A stretch of DNA of 64,000 bases, from positions 1,799-65,798 of the forward strand of contig JALFUQ010000056.1 in NCBI GenBank assembly GCA_022784505.1, given 5' to 3'. Shown in pieces: positions 50,637 to 60,188 of the stretch (positions are counted from its first letter, which is position 1; the number at the start of each line of letters is the position of its first letter). The notes beneath the pieces are model-generated. The model did no database searches. It saw nothing but the letters and a program-made list of their open reading frames with translations, and was not told the DNA's origin. The translations under genes and the position numbers were made by a program. This DNA is from Bacillota bacterium (GTDB lineage Bacteria; Bacillota; Clostridia; Oscillospirales; Oscillospiraceae).

Positions 50637-52291
50637 ACCTCAGATATAAGCGGCAGTATCATCGGGCTGCGCTTGGTAGTCTTGTAAAGGTAGCTTGAAA
50701 CATTGCTCTTAATGCGGCTTTTTATCGAAGCCCAATCCTTAACGCCGCTGTCCTCGCAGTTCATGACGGTCTCCTTGGTGACGCGCTTGAGCTCTTCGAT
50801 CATAGACTCGGCTTCTTTTACATAGACAAAGCCTCTCGTGAGTATCTCTGGCTCTGCGAGCATGGCATTGTCCCACGACGACAGGGTCACAACAATGACC
50901 ACCATGCCGTCTTCTGCAAGTCTGTGCCTGTCGCGCATTACGACACTGCCGACATCGCCGACGCCCATGCCGTCGACCATGACAGCACCCGACTGCACGG
51001 CACCGTTGAGTTTGATGCTCTTTTTGGATATCTCAATTACCTTGCCGTTTTCGCCGATAACTACATTTTTGGCCGGTACGCCCATGAGCTTGCCGAGCTC
51101 TGCATGCTTAACGAGCATACGGTACTCGCCGTGGACAGGAATGAAATATTTGGGCTTCACGAGTGCAAGCATCATCTTCTGCTCCTCCTGCGAGGCGTGG
51201 CCGGAGACATGAAGCTCGGTATTACGGTCATAAATGACCTCTGCACCCTTGTGGAAAAGCTCGTCTATGACCTTGCTTATCATGTTCTCATTGCCCGGGA
51301 TAGCCGATGCCGAAATAATAACGCGGTCGCCGGCTTCAATGTTTATCTGTCGGTGCTCTGAAAACGCCATGCGGTACAGTGCGGACATAGTCTCGCCCTG
51401 GCTGCCGGTCGAGATAATAACGACCTTGTTTTTCGGCAGCTTATTTATATGGTTTATATCAACCATGGTGTCCTCGGGGATGTTGAGATACCCGAGAACG
51501 CCTGCAACACGCAGGATATTCTCCATGCTGCGGCCGGTTATGCCGACTTTGCGTTTATACTTTGCCGCAACATCGATTATCTGCTGCAATCTGTGAACAT
51601 TAGACGCAAAGGTCGTAATAATAATACGCTGATCACAGTTTTTAAACAGCATATCGAAGGTCTCTCCGACCTTGCGCTCGGATGCGGAATGGCCGGGCTT
51701 TTCGACATTCGTCGAGTCGCTCAAAAGGGCAAGCACGCCCTCGTTGCCGAGTTGGCCGAGACGGGGCAGGTCGATCATCTTGCCCTGAACGGGCGTTACA
51801 TCGATCTTGAAATCGCCGGTGTGGACAATAGTGCCAAGCGGGGTCTTTATCGCAAGTGCAACAGCGTCGGCAATGCTGTGGTTAACATTGATGAACTCAA
51901 TGCTAAAGCAGCCGAGCCTGAACACATCCCCTGCTTTCTTGGTGAAGATCTGCGTATTGTAAAGCAGATCATGCTCCTCAAGCTTGAGCTCAACAAGCGC
52001 AGCTGTGAGCGGCGTTGCGTAGATGGGTACATCAAGTTCGGTCATAACATACGGGATAGCACCGATGTGATCCTCGTGACCGTGGGTCAGGATGATACCT
52101 CTGACTCTGTCGGCATTGGCCTTCAGGTATGATATGTCGGGTATGACGATGTCGATACCATACATTTGTTCATCGGGAAAACCCAATCCACAGTCAACAA
52201 CGATAATATCTGTGCCGCACTCAAAGGCGGTCATGTTTTTTCCGATCTCTCCGAGACCGCCAAGCGGGATGATTTTGATTTTAGGTGTCAT
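50633..52291 (-). CDS. rnj: ribonuclease J
   Basis: IIPLGGLGEIGKN, the THGHEDHIGA beta-CASP metallo-beta-lactamase motif and HVSGHA. ATG at 52291 follows GGAGG. Confidence 0.9.
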   Translation of the reverse strand: MTPKIKIIPLGGLGEIGKNMTAFECGTDIIVVDCGLGFPDEQMYGIDIVIPDISYLKANADRVRGIILTHGHEDHIGAIPYVMTELDVPIYATPLTAALVELKLEEHDLLYNTQIFTKKAGDVFRLGCFSIEFINVNHSIADAVALAIKTPLGTIVHTGDFKIDVTPVQGKMIDLPRLGQLGNEGVLALLSDSTNVEKPGHSASERKVGETFDMLFKNCDQRIIITTFASNVHRLQQIIDVAAKYKRKVGITGRSMENILRVAGVLGYLNIPEDTMVDINHINKLPKNKVVIISTGSQGETMSALYRMAFSEHRQINIEAGDRVIISASAIPGNENMISKVIDELFHKGAEVIYDRNTELHVSGHASQEEQKMMLALVKPKYFIPVHGEYRMLVKHAELGKLMGVPAKNVVIGENGKVIEISKKSIKLNGAVQSGAVMVDGMGVGDVGSVVMRDRHRLAEDGMVVIVVTLSSWDNAMLAEPEILTRGFVYVKEAESMIEELKRVTKETVMNCEDSGVKDWASIKSRIKSNVSSYLYKTTKRSPMILPLISEV

Positions 52292-52450
52292 AAATGCCTC
52301 CATTCGGTATTTTGGGGTTTCCGAAAATGTAAAACAAAGGGAACCTCGCTTAAAGCTGCCCTGTTTCGCAGTTTAAAGCGTGGCATTCCCCCCACACATA
52401 TTCGGTATGTAAAAAAGTGTCTCTTCTTTTGTTAGATTATTGCCCGAAAA

Positions 52451-53056
52451 TTATAATTCAATTCTGCCTTCGATAGCTCTGAGCAAGGTTGCATCATCCG
52501 CAAATTCAAGATTTGAGCCGACGGGTATGCCGTAAGCAAGTCTCGTGACCTTAACATCAAAGGGCTTTAAAAGCCTTGATATGTACATAGCGGTCGCATC
52601 GCCCTCAGTATCGGGGTTTGTTGCCATGATAACTTCACTTATCTCGCTGTCATCAGCCGAAACGCGCTTTACAAGCTCGCTTATTCTGATATCATCAGGT
52701 CCAACATGGCTTATGGGCGACAAAACGCCGTGCAGAACATGGTACACACCATTATACTCATGGCTGCGCTCAATAGACAGCACATCGCGAGGCTCTGAAA
52801 CGACGCACACGGTGCTTTTATCGCGCCTGTTGCTCTGGCAAACGGGGCAGATATCGCCCTCGGTCAGGTTCTGGCATATCTTGCAGCAGCTCACATGAGC
52901 CTTGGCTTCCATGATAGCCGTAGCAAAGCTCTCCGCCTCACCATCGGGCAGCGAGAGGACATGAAACGCAAGACGCTGTGCGCTTTTTCTGCCGATGCCG
53001 GGTAGAGACGCAAATTTGTCTATGAGGTTTTCGAGTGATGCAGGGAAAAATGCCAT
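52451..53056 (-). CDS. recR: recombination protein RecR
   Basis: LPGIGRKSAQRLAFH, zinc finger CKICQN..CPVC and a Toprim domain. Confidence 0.9.
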   Translation of the reverse strand: MAFFPASLENLIDKFASLPGIGRKSAQRLAFHVLSLPDGEAESFATAIMEAKAHVSCCKICQNLTEGDICPVCQSNRRDKSTVCVVSEPRDVLSIERSHEYNGVYHVLHGVLSPISHVGPDDIRISELVKRVSADDSEISEVIMATNPDTEGDATAMYISRLLKPFDVKVTRLAYGIPVGSNLEFADDATLLRAIEGRIEL

Positions 53057-53072
53057 AGGTATGTATCTCCAA

Positions 53073-53726
53073 TTATGCGTTTCTGATAGCTTCTATCTGT
53101 GCGGCTCTATCGGGCTTGCCGAACACCGCGCTGCCGGCAACAAGGACGTTGGCTCCGGCTTCTTTTACAAGCTTCGCCGTCACGGGGTCAACACCGCCGT
53201 CGACCTCAAGCTCGCAATCAAGACCTCTCCGGTCTATCTCCTTGCGAAACTGCTTTATCTTCGGAAGCTGGTCGTGCATGAAGCTTTGGCCGCCGAAGCC
53301 GGGCTCGACCGTCATGACAAGGACCATATCAAGCCTATCAAGATACGGGTACAATGCCTCGGCAGGGGTCTTAGGCTTAACTGAAAGGCCGACCTTTTTG
53401 CCGCAGCGCTTTACGATATCGATAGCCTCGCTTATCTTCTTGGGCGTATCAGCCTCAACATGGAACATGACCAAATCAGCGCCCGTTTTGCAGAAAACCT
53501 CGGCGTATCTTACCGGGCGGTCAATCATGAGGTGAACATCAAGGAACATGTCGGTCGTCTTGCGGACAGACTTCAAAACCGGTACTCCAATCGAAATGTT
53601 GGGAACAAATTCGCCGTCCATCACATCGAAATGGACATAATCGGCTCCGCCCTGCTTTATATCTTCAATTTCCGCCCCTAGCTTTGAAAAATCGGCAGAG
53701 AGAATTGAAGGAGCTATCTTTATCAT
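53073..53726 (-). CDS. rpe: ribulose-phosphate 3-epimerase
   Basis: KIAPSILSADF, HFDVMDG, VHLM, and VDGG motifs. Confidence 0.9.
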   Translation of the reverse strand: MIKIAPSILSADFSKLGAEIEDIKQGGADYVHFDVMDGEFVPNISIGVPVLKSVRKTTDMFLDVHLMIDRPVRYAEVFCKTGADLVMFHVEADTPKKISEAIDIVKRCGKKVGLSVKPKTPAEALYPYLDRLDMVLVMTVEPGFGGQSFMHDQLPKIKQFRKEIDRRGLDCELEVDGGVDPVTAKLVKEAGANVLVAGSAVFGKPDRAAQIEAIRNA

Positions 53727-53853
53727 GACATTAACCTCAACTTAGTATGCAGCATAAAATGATCCAGCGGTCAGGTGCGCACCGCCGCTTTTATATATCC
53801 GGGGGATTCCTGTTTATGGGTATCCCCCGGGCTGCTCAAACTTTTACTTATAC

Positions 53854-53882
53854 ATTATACTACACAATATATAGATTAGCAA
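53854..53882 (-). promoter_or_regulatory. putative sigma-A promoter of rpe-recR
   Basis: Minus strand TTGCTA-N17-TATAAT, about 125 nt upstream of the rpe ATG. Confidence 0.5.
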
Positions 53883-53907
53883 GCATTTAAGACCGATTAT
53901 ATATTGT

Positions 53908-53937
53908 GAAAAAAGCAGAAAAGCGACCGCTTTTCTA
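53908..53937 (-). terminator. terminator after ybaK
   Basis: Minus strand GAAAAGC-loop-GCTTTTC followed by GCTTTTTTC. Confidence 0.55.
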
Positions 53938-53947
53938 CTTTCATTCT

Positions 53948-54427
53948 TTACGTCTGCGGTTCGGGGAGCTTGCAGACATCTATCCATTCTATTGCGTTTG
54001 AATATTTAAACAGCTCATCCAAGTTGAGCTCAATCGCACTGTTTCCGCTGCCGACTGCGGGGAAAACGGTCGTAAAACGTTTGAGGCTTTCATCGAGATA
54101 CACATCGATGCCGTCGTTTATGCCGAACGGGCACACGCCGCCGACAGGATGGCCGACAAGCTCAAGCACCTCATCGGGCGAGGGCATTTTGGCCTTCATA
54201 TGGAACTTTTCCTTGAACTTTCTATTGTCTATTCTGGCATCACCTGCCGCAAGGATAAGGATGCAGCTGTCGCCCTTTTTAAACGAAAGCGTCTTTGCGA
54301 TCCTTGCGCCATCAACGCCCAATGCCAAGGCGGCAAGCTCAACAGTAGCGCTGGATACGGAAAACTCCTGCACCCTGTCCTCCATGCCAAACTGTCTGAA
54401 ATATGCTCTACCTTTTTCTATTGACAT
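53948..54427 (-). CDS. ybaK: YbaK/EbsC-family aminoacyl-tRNA deacylase
   Basis: KTLSFKK..ILILAAGD and HPVGGVCPFG motifs. It lies 12 nt downstream of tyrS. Confidence 0.75.
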   Translation of the reverse strand: MSIEKGRAYFRQFGMEDRVQEFSVSSATVELAALALGVDGARIAKTLSFKKGDSCILILAAGDARIDNRKFKEKFHMKAKMPSPDEVLELVGHPVGGVCPFGINDGIDVYLDESLKRFTTVFPAVGSGNSAIELNLDELFKYSNAIEWIDVCKLPEPQT

Positions 54428-54439
54428 ATTAATTCACCG

Positions 54440-55663
54440 TTATTTCAAAATTAGCTTGTTGAAGTTTTTCTTGCCACGCTTGATGACAATACCATTTTTG
54501 AGGGCATCGGCATTGAAGGAAGCGGAGATATCTGCAATCTTTTCATCATTTACGGACACGCCGCCCTGCTGGATATTTCGCCTTGCCTCAGACTTTGATG
54601 CGCAAAGGCCGGTCTTGACAAGTGCAGTCATGATATCGATAACACCGTCGGTAAGGTCAGCTGCCATTATCTCGGTCGTTGGCATGTTCTCGTCATTGCC
54701 GCTGCCACCGAAAAGTGCCTTTGAGGACGCCTCAGCTGCCTTTGCTTCCTCCTCGCCGTGGACGAGTGCGGTAAGCTCGTACGCAAGGATCTCCTTGGCT
54801 CGGTTGAGCTGCGAGCCTTCCCATTTGTCCATCTCCTCGATTTGCTCAAGCGGCAGGAACGTCAGCATGCGGATGCACTTGAGAACATCTGCATCGCCAA
54901 CATTGCGCCAGTACTGGTAGAACTCAAACGGCGAGGTCTTGTTCGGGTCGAGCCAAACTGCGCCGGACGCGGTCTTGCCCATCTTCTTGCCCTCAGAGTT
55001 GAGAAGCAGCGTGATGGTCATTGCTTGTGCGTCCTTACCGAGCTTGCGGCGTATAAGCTCCGTGCCGCCAAGCATATTGCTCCACTGGTCGTTGCCGCCG
55101 AATTGCATGTTGCAGCCGTAATGCTGGAACATGTAGTAGAAGTCATAGCTCTGCATGATCATGTAGTTAAACTCAAGGAAGCTCAGGCCCTTTTCCATGC
55201 GCTGCTTGTAGCACTCGGCTCTGAGCATGTTGTTGACAGAGAAGCAGGGACCGACCTCGCGCAAAAGCTCAATGTAATTAAGCGGCTTGAGCCAGGCAGA
55301 GTTGCGAAGCATGAGCGCCTTACCGTCGGAAAAATCAATGAATTTCTCCATCTGTCTTTTAAAGCACTCGGCATTGTGAGCAATTGTCTCCTCTGTCAGC
55401 ATCTGACGCATATCGGTACGGCCGGAGGGATCGCCGATAAGGGTCGTGCCGTCACCGATAAGGGCAATGGGCTTGTTGCCCGCCATCTGCAGGCGCTTCA
55501 TTAGGCACAGCGCCATGAAGTGGCCGACATGCAGCGAATCGGCGGTGCAGTCAAAGCCAATGTAGAAGGTGGCTTTGCCGTTATTTATCATTTCCTTGAT
55601 CTCATCTTCATTTGTAACCTGAGCGATAAGGCCTCTGGCAACGAGTTCTTCGTAAATATTCAT
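54440..55663 (-). CDS. tyrS: tyrosine--tRNA ligase
   Basis: HVGH (HIGH) motif, KMGKT (KMSKS) motif and a C-terminal S4 domain. Confidence 0.95.
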   Translation of the reverse strand: MNIYEELVARGLIAQVTNEDEIKEMINNGKATFYIGFDCTADSLHVGHFMALCLMKRLQMAGNKPIALIGDGTTLIGDPSGRTDMRQMLTEETIAHNAECFKRQMEKFIDFSDGKALMLRNSAWLKPLNYIELLREVGPCFSVNNMLRAECYKQRMEKGLSFLEFNYMIMQSYDFYYMFQHYGCNMQFGGNDQWSNMLGGTELIRRKLGKDAQAMTITLLLNSEGKKMGKTASGAVWLDPNKTSPFEFYQYWRNVGDADVLKCIRMLTFLPLEQIEEMDKWEGSQLNRAKEILAYELTALVHGEEEAKAAEASSKALFGGSGNDENMPTTEIMAADLTDGVIDIMTALVKTGLCASKSEARRNIQQGGVSVNDEKIADISASFNADALKNGIVIKRGKKNFNKLILK

Positions 55664-55677
55664 TCATTCTCTCCTTA

Positions 55678-56070
55678 TTATTTGTTCTCTTTGATGATAT
55701 TTTCGGCGGCCTCGGCCATAAAGCCGATTATCTCGGGGCATCTAACGCCGCTTTTCTTGAGGTCAATGCAGCGGACGCAGCCATATTTGTCGCGGACGAT
55801 ATCGACGCTTTTGCTCGCTATTGCTGCTATCTTCTTTTTTGCCTCGGTGTTCTGCGAATCGTTAAACGGGCAGGCAAGACCAGCTGCCATAACTGCGCCG
55901 GATATTGCGCCGCATATCTCGCCGCTGCGCACACCGCCGCCGAAGCCAGCGGATATAGCAAGCGCCGTTTTTTCATCTATATCATAATAATCACGGCACG
56001 CAGCCAGAACTGACTGCGCGCAGTTATAGCCGTTCAGATGATACTCCAAAGCTTTATCTTTAACGCTCAT
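55678..56070 (-). CDS. C_GCAxxG_C_C family protein
   Basis: GYNCAQSVL, GEICGAISGAVM (the GCAxxG-type core) and later C..C residues. ATG at 56070 lies 7 nt after GGAGGA. Confidence 0.8.
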   Translation of the reverse strand: MSVKDKALEYHLNGYNCAQSVLAACRDYYDIDEKTALAISAGFGGGVRSGEICGAISGAVMAAGLACPFNDSQNTEAKKKIAAIASKSVDIVRDKYGCVRCIDLKKSGVRCPEIIGFMAEAAENIIKENK

Positions 56071-56084
56071 TTTTCTATCCTCCA

Positions 56085-56340
56085 AAAAATAAAGCCCTCT
56101 GTCCTAATGACAGAGGGCGAATTAACGCGGTACCACCTCTATGCGTCGAATCCTCGCAGAGTCGACCTCGGTGAGTATGAAACTCAAGCGCAATATCGGG
56201 CGCATCCCGTCACAGCCTACTATAATTTCGGTGTGCCGCTCCAAGCCGTATTCGATATGACATGCTCTCCCCTTTTCAGCAAACAGGGTCTCTCTGTGCA
56301 GCAAAATCAAACCTACTTGTGCTCATCTTTGCGTTTACTT
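56085..56340 (-). promoter_or_regulatory. T-box riboswitch leader, probable tyrosine (UAC) specifier
   Basis: The minus strand carries AAAGATGAG..AGTAG, an AGAGAG bulge and the specifier context GAA-TAC-G (TAC at 56248-56250). It also has the T-box sequence GGTGGTACCGCG (56126-56137). A terminator GCCCTCTGTC/GACAGAGGGC plus a T-run follows at 56085-56118. Confidence 0.8.
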
Positions 56341-56345
56341 GCACG

Positions 56346-56374
56346 ATTATACAAAATTAATTATTCCTTGTCAA
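56346..56374 (-). promoter_or_regulatory. consensus sigma-A promoter of the T-box operon
   Basis: Minus strand TTGACA-N17-TATAAT. The -35 box lies inside the last codons of recN. Confidence 0.7.
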
Positions 56375-58042
56375 CCTATATTTATCCGCGGCCAAGAGCT
56401 GTTCCTCGGCGCTTGCAAGCGTAAGTTCGGAGATATTTTCGCCGCCGTGCATCCTGGCAAGCTCAAGTGCCCTTCCATTTCGGTCAAGCTCCCGTACCTC
56501 GGTGTATGTTCTGCCGTTACGCTCTGTCTTCTCGATAAGATCGTGGTTATCGGCGATCGCCGCGATCTGCGGAAGATGGGTAATGCACAAAACCTGCTTG
56601 CCTCTTGACAGGTCTGACATCTTTTCACCGACGCGCTGGGCTGCTATGCCGGAAACGCCGGTATCAATTTCGTCAAATACCATTGTCTCGATGGGGTCGT
56701 TTTTGGAAAACACCGTTTTCATGGCAAGCATTATCCTGCTCAGCTCACCGCCGGAGGCTATCTTCGATATCCTGCCGAGTGCTTCTCCGGCGTTAGCTGA
56801 AATGAGGAATTTCACATTGTCAGCTCCCATAGAATCAAAGCCTATGTCGCTTTCAAGCGGCTCAATGGATACCGAGAAGCGGACAGACGGCATGCTCAGG
56901 TCTCGAAGCTCGCTCACAATGCGCTTTTCAAGTCTTTCGGCAGTGAGACGGCGTTTTTCGGTAAGCTCTGCAGCGATTTTTTTGCAATTTGCAGTATGCT
57001 TTTCTAGCTGCTTATTAAGCTTAATAATCATATCGCCAGCATATTCAAGCTCGGAAAGCTTCCTGCGGCAGTCATCAAGGTGCGCAAGCATAGCTTCCTC
57101 GTCCATATTGTACTTACGGCGCAGCTTTTTGAGCAGCGACAATCTGCTTTCAATATTGTCGTACTCCTCGGGCGAAAATTCAAGACTGTCTCTGAAATCT
57201 CGTATGCGCTCGGAAGCGTCAAAAAGCAGTGAGGATGCATTTTCGATTATGTCGGCAGTTTCTCTCAAATCGTCGGCTATAGTGGCTGCCCTGTCGATGA
57301 GTGCCGATGCTTCATCGGTGAGCGACTGTGCGCTCTGATCAGCGCCGTACAAGGCATTGTACGCACCGTCGAGCGCTTCGGTCAGCTTTTCGTAATTTCT
57401 CAGAAGATCTCGCTTAGACGAAAGCTCGTCCTCCTCGCCGACCTTGAGCTGAGCCTTTTCAAGCTCATCGATCTGATACTGGAGGCTATCTGCCATGCGC
57501 TCTTTCTCGATCTCGTCCATTGAAAGACGCTGTATTTCTTTTTTGCACGCCCTATAATCAGCGTAGGCGGCCTTAAAACGCTCGATAGTCTCGCCGTAAT
57601 CGCCGTAGCTGTCGAGATACGCAAGGTGATTTGCCTCGTCCATGAGCTGTCTGCCGTCGTTTTGGCCGTGAATATCGAGAAGCAGCGCGCCAAGCTCACG
57701 CAGCTGAGACACGGACACGGGAGTGCCGCACACACGGCAGCTGTTTTTGCCCTCCGCACTTATCCTGCGCTGAATGATTATCTCATCCTCAGGGTCAATG
57801 TCATTATCCTTAAGCCACTCGTCGGCATTATTTGACTCAAAAACAGCAGAGACAAGCCCCTTGTCGGCTCCTGTTCTCACGAGTTCGCGGCTCGTTCTTG
57901 CGCCGAGAACAGCGCCGAGCGAGTCGACAATAATAGATTTACCTGCGCCGGTCTCGCCGGTAAGTACCGTCAACCCCTTGCCAAATTCAATATCCGCTTT
58001 TTCAATGACTGCTATGTTTTCTATATGCAGCTGTGTAAGCAT
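56357..58042 (-). CDS. recN: DNA repair protein RecN
   Basis: N-terminal LTVLTGETGAGKS, a long coiled coil and a C-terminal SGGELSR / VFDEIDTG signature. Confidence 0.9.
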   Translation of the reverse strand: MLTQLHIENIAVIEKADIEFGKGLTVLTGETGAGKSIIVDSLGAVLGARTSRELVRTGADKGLVSAVFESNNADEWLKDNDIDPEDEIIIQRRISAEGKNSCRVCGTPVSVSQLRELGALLLDIHGQNDGRQLMDEANHLAYLDSYGDYGETIERFKAAYADYRACKKEIQRLSMDEIEKERMADSLQYQIDELEKAQLKVGEEDELSSKRDLLRNYEKLTEALDGAYNALYGADQSAQSLTDEASALIDRAATIADDLRETADIIENASSLLFDASERIRDFRDSLEFSPEEYDNIESRLSLLKKLRRKYNMDEEAMLAHLDDCRRKLSELEYAGDMIIKLNKQLEKHTANCKKIAAELTEKRRLTAERLEKRIVSELRDLSMPSVRFSVSIEPLESDIGFDSMGADNVKFLISANAGEALGRISKIASGGELSRIMLAMKTVFSKNDPIETMVFDEIDTGVSGIAAQRVGEKMSDLSRGKQVLCITHLPQIAAIADNHDLIEKTERNGRTYTEVRELDRNGRALELARMHGGENISELTLASAEEQLLAADKYRLTRNN

Positions 58043-58055
58043 ATCAGTTCCTCTT

Positions 58056-58505
58056 TTAGATCATGTCGTCTATCTCGTGGCAGAAGTCCTCAGCCGCCTT
58101 GTTGCTAACCATCGCAAGAAACGCGGTATCATCGCCCGCAAGTGTTCCTGCAAGGGTCTCAATATGCATATTATCAAGCGTTGCACAGGCTGCATTTGCA
58201 AGACCGGGCAGCGTTTTTATAACGATGATATTTTGCGCAACGGTGTACGAAGTAACACTTTCGCGGAATATTTTGCGCAGCCTCTGCTCATGGTCGTTAT
58301 TCTTGGATTTGCCGCTGACGGCGTAATGGTGCCTGCCGTTTGAGCCGAGCTCCTTTACAAGGTGCAGATCCTTGATATCCCTTGACAGCGTTGCCTGAGT
58401 GCTGGTTATGCCGTGCTCTGCAAGCGCATTTATAAGCTGCGCCTGTGTTTCTATCTCCTGCTCGGTTATTATCTGCAATATCACATTTTGTCTGGTATTT
58501 TTCAT
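58056..58505 (-). CDS. argR: arginine repressor
   Basis: The start is MKNTRQNVILQII..., with QATLSRDI wHTH and GTLAGDDT motifs. The ORF-track extension to 58556 was rejected. Confidence 0.85.
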   Translation of the reverse strand: MKNTRQNVILQIITEQEIETQAQLINALAEHGITSTQATLSRDIKDLHLVKELGSNGRHHYAVSGKSKNNDHEQRLRKIFRESVTSYTVAQNIIVIKTLPGLANAACATLDNMHIETLAGTLAGDDTAFLAMVSNKAAEDFCHEIDDMI

Positions 58506-58515
58506 TCCGTCTCCC

Positions 58516-59382
58516 CTATCGATTCTTATACAGCAGCTTATCAAAGGTGGAATCATAGAAGCTGCTCAGACCCATATGGACAAGATTTGCGACTTTTTTT
58601 GACTGGCGTACCGTGACGATATCATCGTTTGCAAGATCCATGCCCTTTGCGCCGTCAACCGCAACATAAGCCCTGCGGTCATGTATTTTTTCGGCCTTGA
58701 CAGTGACTTTCCTGTCAGGCCCAAGGACAAAGGTCTTTGCTCCCATGACATGCGCACATATTGGCGACACTATAAAATTCTTTGCTTCCGGCTCTACTAT
58801 AGGTCCGCCTGCCGACATTGAGTAGCCGGTGGAGCCTGTCGGGGTCGCAACTATGATACCGTCGCCGGAAAAAGACACCATCATATCCCCGTCGCACCAT
58901 GCGGTGAGCTTGATGCAATCGCCCATGCCGTGGATAACGACGTCGTTAAGGCCTACATCACTGTAAATGACCTTGCCGTTGCGTTTAAGCTCAACATCTA
59001 TCATCATGCGGTGGCTGGAAACATAGTTTCCGGCAGCTGCGTCAAGGATCAGATCAAGCTTTTCCGGCTCAAGCGGAGCCATAAAGCCTTTGGTTCCGAG
59101 GTTTATGCCGAGCATTGGCGTGTCGGTATGGTTAAGATACCTTGCCGCATGGAGCATGGTGCCGTCGCCGCCTATGATGATAAAGAGCGTTGCCTCGTTT
59201 GAAACCGCTGACCAGTCGTTTATCTTTACATCTGCCGGTATGGCCTCGGGGTCATCAGCCCCGAAAACAGGGCAAATCTCGGTTCTGTAGCCGTTATTTT
59301 CAAGCAAAGCCTTTGCTTTGAGCGTAAGCTCAAGTCCCGTATCTCTGAACGGATTGGGACACAAAACAATTAGATCTGGCAT
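58516..59382 (-). CDS. nadK: NAD kinase
   Basis: GGDGT, NLGTKGF and TGSTGYS motifs. Confidence 0.9.
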   Translation of the reverse strand: MPDLIVLCPNPFRDTGLELTLKAKALLENNGYRTEICPVFGADDPEAIPADVKINDWSAVSNEATLFIIIGGDGTMLHAARYLNHTDTPMLGINLGTKGFMAPLEPEKLDLILDAAAGNYVSSHRMMIDVELKRNGKVIYSDVGLNDVVIHGMGDCIKLTAWCDGDMMVSFSGDGIIVATPTGSTGYSMSAGGPIVEPEAKNFIVSPICAHVMGAKTFVLGPDRKVTVKAEKIHDRRAYVAVDGAKGMDLANDDIVTVRQSKKVANLVHMGLSSFYDSTFDKLLYKNR

Positions 59383-59393
59383 AATACTGCTCC

Positions 59394-60188
59394 TTAAAGG
59401 CTCTCATGCGAGGCTTCAACGACCGCTGCGACGTCGATAGGGCCTGCCTCTTGCACGCCTTTTTTCATATAGCAAAGATACTCTCGGTTGCCCTCGGGTC
59501 CCTTTATGGGTGAAAAATCAAGTCCCATGACCGTCATGCCGACAGTCGGTGCAAAGCTCAGCACGCTCTCGATGACCGAAAGATGCACCGCCTTATCACG
59601 AACAACGCCTTTTTTGCCGACCTCTTCCCTGCCGGCTTCAAACTGCGGCTTTATAAGGCACACGAGCTGCGCATTATCCTTCAAAAGTGCGCAAACGGCA
59701 GGCAAAACGAGTTTTACAGATATAAACGACAGATCCATGACGCAGATATCGAGCGGCTCGGGTATCAGTTCGGAGCTTATATAACGGATATTCGTGCGCT
59801 CCATGTTGACAACTCGCTCATCGTTACGAAGGCTCCATGCAAGCTGGCCGTAGCCGACATCGACGGAGTAGACCTTGGCAGCGCCGTTTTTCAAAAGCAC
59901 ATCGGTAAAGCCGCCGGTCGAGGCTCCGCAATCGATGCACACCTTATCATTTACATCTATTGGGAACACCTTCAGCGCCTTTTCAAGCTTCAGGCCGCCG
60001 CGGCTGACATACGGCAAAGCCGTACCTTTGACCTCGACCTTAATGTCAGGCGAGACCTGCATTCCGGGCTTATCCGCGCGCTGGCCGTTGACAAACACAA
60101 GTCCGCTCATGACGGTCGTTTTAGCTCGCTCCCTGCTTTCGGCAAGGCCGAGGTCAAAAACCAGCTGATCCAATCTAATTTTCTTCAC
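59394..60188 (-). CDS. tlyA: TlyA-family rRNA 2'-O-methyltransferase
   Basis: S4 domain (RLDQLV..GLAESRERAK), YVSRGG.KL, and DCGASTGGFTD motifs. Confidence 0.85.
   Translation of the reverse strand: MKKIRLDQLVFDLGLAESRERAKTTVMSGLVFVNGQRADKPGMQVSPDIKVEVKGTALPYVSRGGLKLEKALKVFPIDVNDKVCIDCGASTGGFTDVLLKNGAAKVYSVDVGYGQLAWSLRNDERVVNMERTNIRYISSELIPEPLDICVMDLSFISVKLVLPAVCALLKDNAQLVCLIKPQFEAGREEVGKKGVVRDKAVHLSVIESVLSFAPTVGMTVMGLDFSPIKGPEGNREYLCYMKKGVQEAGPIDVAAVVEASHESL

Noticed and set aside
52292-52450. Imperfect hairpin CGCTTAAAGCTGC...GCAGTTTAAAGCG and repeated ATACCGAAT in the rnj leader as a regulatory element.
   Set aside because: The stem has two mismatches in 13. The repeats are short and no known motif was recognised. 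It is plausibly just leader structure, so it is recorded here rather than as a finding.
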